Notes under the pieces: model-generated
What the model was told of the DNA's origin: nothing
The model's input: the letters and a program-made list of their open reading frames with translations, nothing else
The model's database searches: none
NCBI RefSeq assembly: GCF_009914755.1
Contig: NC_060947.1
Length of the DNA stretch: 64,000 nt
DNA from: the human T2T-CHM13v2.0 reference genome, Homo sapiens
Direction: 5' to 3' (one strand)
Part shown: one piece after another, positions 50,813 through 64,000 of the stretch
How positions within the stretch are numbered: position 1 is the first letter of the stretch
Layout: every line of letters starts with the position of its first letter
Translations under genes and position numbers: made by a program

Positions 50813-51733
50813 TTACCTGAGGTCAGGAGTTCAAGACCAGCCTGGATCTCTACTAAAAATACAAAAATTAGCTGGGCGTGGTGGTGAGCACCTGTAATCC
50901 CAGCTACTCAGGAGGCTGAGGAAGGAGAATCGCTTGAACCCAGGAGGCGGAGGTTGCAGTGTGCCGAGATCACGTCACTGCACTCCAGCCTGGAAGACAG
51001 AGAGGGACTCCGTCTCAAAAAAAAAAAAGGAAGGAATAATGACTTTGGGAGGCCGAGGCCAGTGGATCACTTGAGCCTAGGAGTTTGAGACCAGCCTGGG
51101 CAATATAGGGAGACTGTCATCTCTACAAAAAATATAAAAATTAGCCAGGTGTGGTGGTGCATGCCTGTATGTAGTCTCAGCTACTTGGGAGGCTGAGGCG
51201 GGAGGGTCACTTAAGCCCGGGAAGGTTGAGGCTACAATGAGCCATGATCGTGCCACTGCACTCCAGCCTAGGTGACAGAGTAAGACCCTGTCTCAGAAAA
51301 AAGGAATAATGATACATGAAAGAATACACAGCTCCTGATCTCAAGGAATCTCGAGTCCAGTGCTCTTCTCTGGACTGAAACAGCCAATTGGGTACAAGTT
51401 TGAAATAAGCTGAGGCAAAAGGCCAGCCTACATTTTTTTTAAAGGAGGGCCTGAAATCTTTTTGATGTCTCCTGTACTCCCTCTCCACATTACTGGGACT
51501 TGTTAGACTCTCCCAATTCCTTCCTTCTGTGAACCTTCATCTTAATTCAGGCTCTTCTTTGATTCAGAAGCTTCTGGTGCCCTGAGAGCCAGCCCAAGGA
51601 AGTTCAGTTGAATTGAATTTGTTGAATACCTGTGAAATCTAAGGCCCTGTGCCAGGAATCAGGGATGCATTTTGACTTCTGTGGGCCCTAGGCACTCTTC
51701 CCTTTGTATCCCCCTTTCTCCTTCAAAAGATGA

Positions 51734-52147
<414 letters not shown>

Positions 52148-52185
52148 TGAGCTTACTATGCCTTACAGATAAGTCAGCCCTGTTA

Positions 52186-52511
<326 letters not shown>

Positions 52512-53004
52512 TTAATATGGAGACTACAACGCAGACAGTTCCTTATGGCTGTACTATGCGGGGATGTCTCAAGTGCCATAAGACAGGCAGAAAACAAGTT
52601 CCACCAGTGTTCAAAGGGAAAGGGTGTGAAGTCACATCTGGTTGGAAGAGGGATCAGAAAGACTTCTTGGAGGTGGTAGTTTTAAGGAAAACAGAATTTA
52701 TCAAGTAGGTGATAGAGAGAAGCTTCTCAAGAAATGACAACAGCTGGATCAAAAGCATGGTGTAAACATGGGGAATAGTGCTAGTTATAGCTTGATGGGA
52801 ATATGAGCATTTTGTTGAGAAAAGTGTGACATGAAACTTGTTTTTTTTTTTTTCTGAGACAAGGAGTTGCCCAGCCTGGAGTGCAGTGGCACGATCATAG
52901 CTCACTGCAGTCTTAAATTCCTGTGCTCAAACGATCCTCCTGCCTCAGCCTCCCAAAGTGCTGGGATTACACCACGCCTGGCCATTGTGGGAAGTCTTAA
53001 ATGA

Positions 53005-53350
<346 letters not shown>

Positions 53351-54258
53351 TAAGCTTGCGCCCGGCCCACGGGAGGTTTTTGAGCTGATCAGCTATGACT
53401 GAAGCTGTGCTTAAGGAAAATAACTCTGGCTTCATTGTGGGTGGGGGATTGGAGAAGTGAGGTTGAGGACAATGGAGTCTAGATGGGTTATTGCCTAAGT
53501 CCAGGTGAGAAACACTAAGAGCTGAAGTAGAGCAGTGGCAGTGGGACTGGAGAAGAATGGATAGATTTGAGACACATTTCAGGTAGAATAGATATGATCG
53601 AAGGTTAATAAAAAATGGATTAAGGAAGGAAGGAAAGAAGGAAAGAAGAACTGAATGAATGCTACTTTTTTTTTTTTTTTGAGATGGAATTTCACTCTTG
53701 TAGCCCAGGCTGGAGTGCAATGGCATGATCTTGGCTCACTGCAACCTCCTGACTTCAAGTGATCCGCTCACCTCGGCCTCCCAAAGTGCTGGCATTACAG
53801 GCGTGAGCCACTGTGCCCAGCCTAAATGCTACTTTCAATAATGTAGTTAACCTTAGTTGTGTACAGTTGGCTCTCCATATCTGCAGGGGAATACGTTTTC
53901 AGACCCTCCATGCATATCAAAATCCACGTGCGCTCAAGTCCCTTAGTCGTCCCCCCATCCATGGATGTAACCAACTGTGGATTGAAAAGGTTGGCCCTAT
54001 GTATTAGAATCCGCAGTGGTGGGACTGTATTCCCATCTCAACTCCAAGAATAGGCCCAGACAAAGGAGACATTCCAAGGAAGATTTTGTTTCTCAACTCT
54101 CATCACTACGAAGATTTGTGCCTTGAAAGGGGAAAGCGCCTGGGAGTGGTGGCTCATGCCTGTAATCCCAGCACTTTGGTAGGCTGAGGCAGGCGGATTG
54201 CTCGAGCCCAGGAGTTCAAGGCCAGCCTGGACAACATAGCAAGACCTGGTCTCTAAAA

Positions 54259-54289
<31 letters not shown>

Positions 54290-54553
54290 AATAAAATAAA
54301 ATAAAATAAAATTTTAAAAAGAAAGGGGGAAGCTTCTCCAAGGGTGCAAACAAGGAATCCCTCCTTTCTGTAGGATGTGGATTATTCTATTGCCTCCCTG
54401 AACTTATTTTATATACCACCTATGGCTACAATTAAGTGAGTTGGATTTTCACAAATGGCTAAAGCCAGCCTCATTACTTTCCAGTCACACATTTAGGTCT
54501 CCTGGGATGAGCAGAACAAGTGTTCTAATCACTTTCTAATTATTTTCCAATTA

Positions 54554-54917
<364 letters not shown>

Positions 54918-55008
54918 TCAATCAATCAATCAATCAATGTGTGTCCCTACAGTCCAAGGCTCAATCTCAACTGATGTTTGCATTCTTCACTTGTTTCATT
55001 TCAGCTTA

Positions 55009-55413
<405 letters not shown>

Positions 55414-55510
55414 CTAACCCTGACTGTTACATGCCACACTTATCCTTTATTTTTATTTATTCGTTTTTTTAGGGATAGGGTCTTGCTCTGTCACCCAGGC
55501 TGGAGTGTAG

Positions 55511-55624
<114 letters not shown>

Positions 55625-55627
55625 TAA

Positions 55628-57130
<1,503 letters not shown>

Positions 57131-57542
57131 TAAGAGATGGTGTCTTGCTTTGTTACCCAGGCTGGTCTTGAACTCCTGGCCTCAGGCTATCCTCCTGCCT
57201 CAGCCTCTCAAAGTGCTGGACTTACAGGTGTGAACCACCACGCCCAGCTGTAAAACAAATTTGTCACTTTTGTGTTTAAAATTTTCCAAAAGTGCTTCTC
57301 AAACTTCTCTCTCTTTCTTTTTTAAGACAGAGTCGCTCTGTCATCCAGGTTGGGGCAGAGTGGTACAATCAGAGCTCACTGAGGCCTTGACATCCCAGGC
57401 TCAAGTGATCCTCCCACATCAGCCTTCCTTGTAGCTGGGACTACAGGTGCACACCACCATGCCCAGCAAACTTTGTGCTGGGATTACAGGCGTGAGCCAC
57501 CACACCCAGCTGTAAAACAAATTTCCGTCACTCCTCTGTTTT

Positions 57543-57565
57543 ATCTATATCTGTCTGCCTATCTA

Positions 57566-57612
<47 letters not shown>

Positions 57613-57631
57613 ATCTATCTATATCTATCTA
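57543..57631. repeat. (TCTA)n tetranucleotide microsatellite derived from an Alu tail
   Basis: About 11 perfect TCTA units plus degenerate flanks, abutting a - strand Alu. Confidence 0.9.
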
Positions 57632-57801
57632 CTTATTGAGACAGGGTCTCACTTTGTCACCCTGGCTGGCGGGCAGTGGCATGATCAGGGCTCACTGCAG
57701 CCTCTACTTCTTGGGCTCAAGCCATCCTCCTGCCTCAGCCCCCCAAGTATGGGACTACAGGCATGCACCACCACGCCTGGCTTTTTTTTTTTTTTTTTTG
57801 A

Positions 57802-58014
<213 letters not shown>

Positions 58015-58314
58015 TGAGGTCAGGAGTTCGAGACCAGCCCGACCAACATGGTGAAACCCCATCTCTACTAAAAATACAAAAATTAGCTGGGCATGGTGGC
58101 GCATGCCTGTAATCCCAGCTACTCAGGAGGCTGAGGCAGCAGAATTGCTTGAACCCAAAAGGCGGAGGTCACAGTGAGCCGAGATTGCGCCACTGCACTC
58201 TAGCCTGGGTGACAGAGCGAGACTCCGTCTCCAAAAAAAAAAAATTAAAAAAATAATAAAAATAAAAATTAAAAAAAAATAGATAAACTTTCCAAAAGTG
58301 CTTCTCAAAATTTA

Positions 58315-59082
<768 letters not shown>

Positions 59083-59262
59083 CTACAAGGCCCTGTGTGA
59101 TCTGGTCCCTTGTTACTTGTGCTTTCCCACTACTCCTTCCCTCTCACTGTGCTCTGGCCATTCTGATCTTGCTTCTCCTCAAATAAGTCAGGTATAGTCC
59201 TGCCTCAGGGCCTTTGCACTTGCTTTTTCTTTTGACTAGAACACTCTCCCCTAGGCATGTGA

Positions 59263-59589
<327 letters not shown>

Positions 59590-60571
59590 TGAGGTGGTCC
59601 ATCTGCCTCGGCCTCCCAAAGTGCTGGGATTACAGGCATGAGCCACCACACCCAGCCCTGTAATTGTTTTATTATTGTCTATTCCCTCCATCAGAATGTA
59701 AGCTCCATAAAGGCTGGGATTTTTGTCTTCCTGTAAAACAAGGCCTGGCAAATAGTAGGCACTCAATAAATACTTGAAAGAATGATTGCTGGTATCCACG
59801 AGGTAGACCATGAATAAGAAATATGTTAACTTGATAGCTGGTGTGAAAAGAGCCAAAATAACATCCATGAATCTAGGGGAAGGGTCGTCAGAGGAGCAGG
59901 GCTGGTACCAAGCATAGTGCCTGAAACATAACAGACATAAACATTTTATTTCCTCTTTGCCTTCCCATCCTTTCCCAAAAGTTATTTGCACCTTGGCCTG
60001 ATGTTAAGATTTTGTATATGACCACACAGTCAGTGAGCCATCTATGTCCTATATTCATCCTATCCTAGTACAAATGTGCCTATTCAGAGCGTTTGGAACC
60101 TGCAGTAATCTAAAGAGGTGCAATATGCGGAGATCTTACTTCTGGTCATATATCCCTCTACCAGCTGTCTTGCTAATTGGCCAGGTCAGAGGTCAGGAAA
60201 TGAGACTGGTGGAGGGGAACAAGACTACACCAGAGACCACACAGAGAGAGGTCTTGGGAGAATGGCTCTTGCTCAAAATTCCAAGTATAATTTTGGAGGC
60301 GAGGATGGGAGGGACTACTGAGACAATATTACAACCTACATGTTTATGCTGCTTTAAAAATGTTTCTCACCTTTTCATCTATATTAATTCATTTTCATGC
60401 CATTCCTATGAGGTAGAGATTGTCAGTTGAGTAAAGTGGAGCATGTAAAGAAGGTTAATGACTTACACTCCTATTAATGAGGAGCACAAGCCTGTCCCAA
60501 GTTATTTCCAATATTGTAAAGATTCTTAAGGTATTTGTTGTCAAAAAGATATTTTGGGGAACGGAGGTTTA

Positions 60572-60862
<291 letters not shown>

Positions 60863-61036
60863 TCAGGAGGCTGAGGCAGGAGAATCACTTGAACCCAGGG
60901 GGTGGAGGTTGCAGTGAGCTGAGATTGCACCACTGCACTTACACCTGGGAGACAGAGCAAGAAGACTCCATCTTGAAAAAAACAAAAAGAGTTGGTATGA
61001 CTGGTCTGGGCTAACAGTTGTCCTTCTCTTTTTTAG

Positions 61037-61089
61037 GATGCACCCATTGTTGTTTCTTATGTAGGTGACCACCAAGCATTAGTTCACAG
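61037..61089 (+). CDS. AKAP14: AKAP14 coding exon 4
   Basis: ttttttag|GAT acceptor; DAPIVVSYVGDHQALVH(R); AG|gtaatg donor, phase 2. Confidence 0.93.
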
Positions 61090-61607
61090 GTAATGAACAT
61101 TTGGAGGTTTGTTTTAAAAGGGTGGGAGAAAGGTCATCACACTCCAGGAATCCAGCAGTTGCGCAACAACAGATAGTTCATGTAATGGTCACTTTTCTTC
61201 TTTGGACCACCAAGCCCATTAGAATGGGCTGAAACTGTTCTAGAAAATTATTTTTCTTAGTGTCTGGTTTTTCATTCATTATAAGCTTGAGGATTAGTTG
61301 CTGGAGTGGGGTGGAGGCAAAGTGGGTCATGTCTATCGTTTCTAAGGAAAACTTCAATATCACATAAAATTAACTCATGTATAATAATCCCTTTTATAGC
61401 AGCTCTCTTAAAGTATCTTTACATATAAGCTCATAAATCCTTTCATTGACTGGGCTTAAGAAACAGTAAAGGATAGACATAGAGAACCTTAGCTACCTCC
61501 CCTCCCCCGCCAATAAAAGAGGCTTCTTGCTTACTAGGAATATAAAAGAGTAAATAGGGAATCCCCTTTGTTTGATTTTAAAAGCTTTTGATTTAAAAAT
61601 ACTTTAA

Positions 61608-61733
<126 letters not shown>

Positions 61734-61812
61734 TACTTACAGGATGTCTTAGGATTGTTTTTCTCATCAGGATACATTAAAAATACAATACAGCACGTCA
61801 AACCACAGAATA

Positions 61813-61828
61813 TTTATTGAGTAATAAA
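61813..61828. terminator. AKAP14: AKAP14 poly(A) signal (+, 61823-61828) back-to-back with a - strand AATAAA (61813-61818)
   Basis: TTTATT-GAGT-AATAAA; alternative ATTAAA at 61776. Confidence 0.8.
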
Positions 61829-62955
61829 CTTGTGGCACACAATCCAGCTGTATTTTTTTGCATTCATTCATTTTCCATTCTGCAACCTCCATCACATTAG
61901 CAGAGTAACCAGTAAGTTGTTTTCTATTTTCTAAAGTATTTTTTTCTATCACTATATGTATCACTTCTGAGTCTTACAGGTATAGAGCTGAGTTTAGAGA
62001 GTTGCTAAAATTCACCTATTGGACCAAACTAAGGTTGGTACTTGGCTGTTTGTTCCCCATCTGAGCCTAAGTCTCCAGCTCAGACACATCTCTTTATGGG
62101 CACAACTGGGAACAACAAAATGGCAACAGTTCTACAGCTCATAATATAACCAGTCTGAAGGGTTCCCCTACTCACAGACCCCTTCATTTACTGGGAGTTA
62201 AGCCTCACTGCTAAATAATATATTTTGAAACTGGAAAACTGGGCATGCTGCCTTCCACAATACACCACTATACTCATGATTGCAGGAGGGTGGCTTGGGG
62301 ACTAGGGGCAATGACACGGGAAGGATACAATCATTGCCCTTACTTATCTTTGATCTTCTTCCCATCCTCACACTGAATAATCACTTGTTCCTACCTTCCC
62401 TGTGAACCTCTCTTGCCTGGCTGCAAAATTTTAAGACACCAAAGACAAAATTACATTATGCTCTGAGTGATTACTTACAAGTACATCAGAATATTTACTT
62501 ACATAGAAAAGCACTGGAAAGGAGGAACACAAAATATGAAAGACAATTGATATGGTACTGAAATTTTTCTTTTTTAACTGTTAGATATTTGTGCAATAAA
62601 TAAAAAAGGAGGGAAAACCATATCAGAGCAATAGGCAAGGAGGTGGCAAACTAGATAAGTCTCCTTGGAGAACAAAAAATATATTTAAAATACAATAGCC
62701 CTACTACAACTGATTTATGGCTCAGGTGACTAAACACAATTTGAAGCAGTAACAACACTCATAAGCTGAAAATAAAATACTTTTAGCCCTTTTATTCTTC
62801 TTGCCTCTTTCCCAAAGAATATGCCAATGAAGCTGTTCTTGATGTCACAATATTCATATATCGCAGAATTTCTGCATTTAAACTACCTTGCCTACTGAAA
62901 ATAAGATAATCATTTCATCTCTAGGAACCAGTAACCAAAAAAAAAATGTCCTTAG

Positions 62956-63354
<399 letters not shown>

Positions 63355-64000
63355 TAGTTTCTTTTAACTTTTGAAAACTACAGATTTATTAGGCTAGGCA
63401 GCAACTACAATTAGGTATAAATAAACAGAAATCATTTCAAATTCAGGGGTCATTAATGCTGCTACATGCTGACTCTTATTTTCAGTAGTTGCGGGTTAAA
63501 AGTAGACATTTCCTGGAACATATATTTAATAGTATTTAAGACTGTTAATACTGTTTAATTATAAAACTTTGGGCCGGGTGTGGTGGCTCACGCCTATAAT
63601 CCTAGCACTTTGGGAGGCCGAGGCGGGCGGATTGTTTGAGGTCTGGAGTTTGAGACCAGCCTGGGCAATAAGGTGAAACCTTGTCTCTACTAACTATACA
63701 AAAATTAGCTGGGCATGGTGGTGCACACTGGTAGTCCCAGCTGCTCGGGAGGCTGAGGTGGAGGATTGCTTGAGCCCAGGAGGTGGAGGTTGCAGTGAGC
63801 CGAGATTGCACCACTGAACTCTAGCCTGGGTGACAGAGGGAGACCCTGTCTCAAAAATAATAATAAAAAAACTTTTGCTCTATACTTTGAAATATGACTG
63901 CCTTATTTAAACACTTTTGAAAAACAACCACTTAAAAATATAAGGCAAGCGGGCATTTTACAATAGTATAATCAGAATGTCCTTATCACTCAGGTAATTT

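Noticed and set aside
60044-60430. 128-aa intronic ORF in non-Alu sequence
   Set aside because: No recognisable family and no clear splice signals; AKAP14 closes in frame without it

Overview
Human (primate) genomic DNA, recognisable from its proteins as the Xq24 RNF113A-NDUFA1-AKAP14 locus. The window holds the intronless RNF113A CDS (- strand, 343 aa), head-to-head across a CpG-rich bidirectional promoter with the 3-exon NDUFA1 gene (+, 70 aa MWFE subunit of complex I). It also holds the 5 coding exons of AKAP14 (+, 197 aa). I reconstructed both spliced CDSs by hand, and their phases and lengths close exactly. The rest is extremely Alu-dense (dozens of copies, many nested), with five LTR relics (MER21-, MER51-, LTR12C-, LTR2- and MER4-like; three with clean 4-bp TSDs), L1, L2 and MIR fragments and DNA transposons. 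Most ORFs in the supplied track are Alu or other repeat artefacts. Best observations: a 24-nt tailless U6 snRNA retro-insertion with a 17-bp TSD hidden inside an Alu; back-to-back poly(A) signals at the AKAP14 3' end; an orphan CpG-rich element with a strong CTCF motif; several templated inverted insertions in Alus; a two-unit 8/14-bp minisatellite; and a speculative fossil coding segment at about 25-27 kb. I found no convincing wholly new biological system. Repeat family names are from memory of consensus sequences, not from a search.
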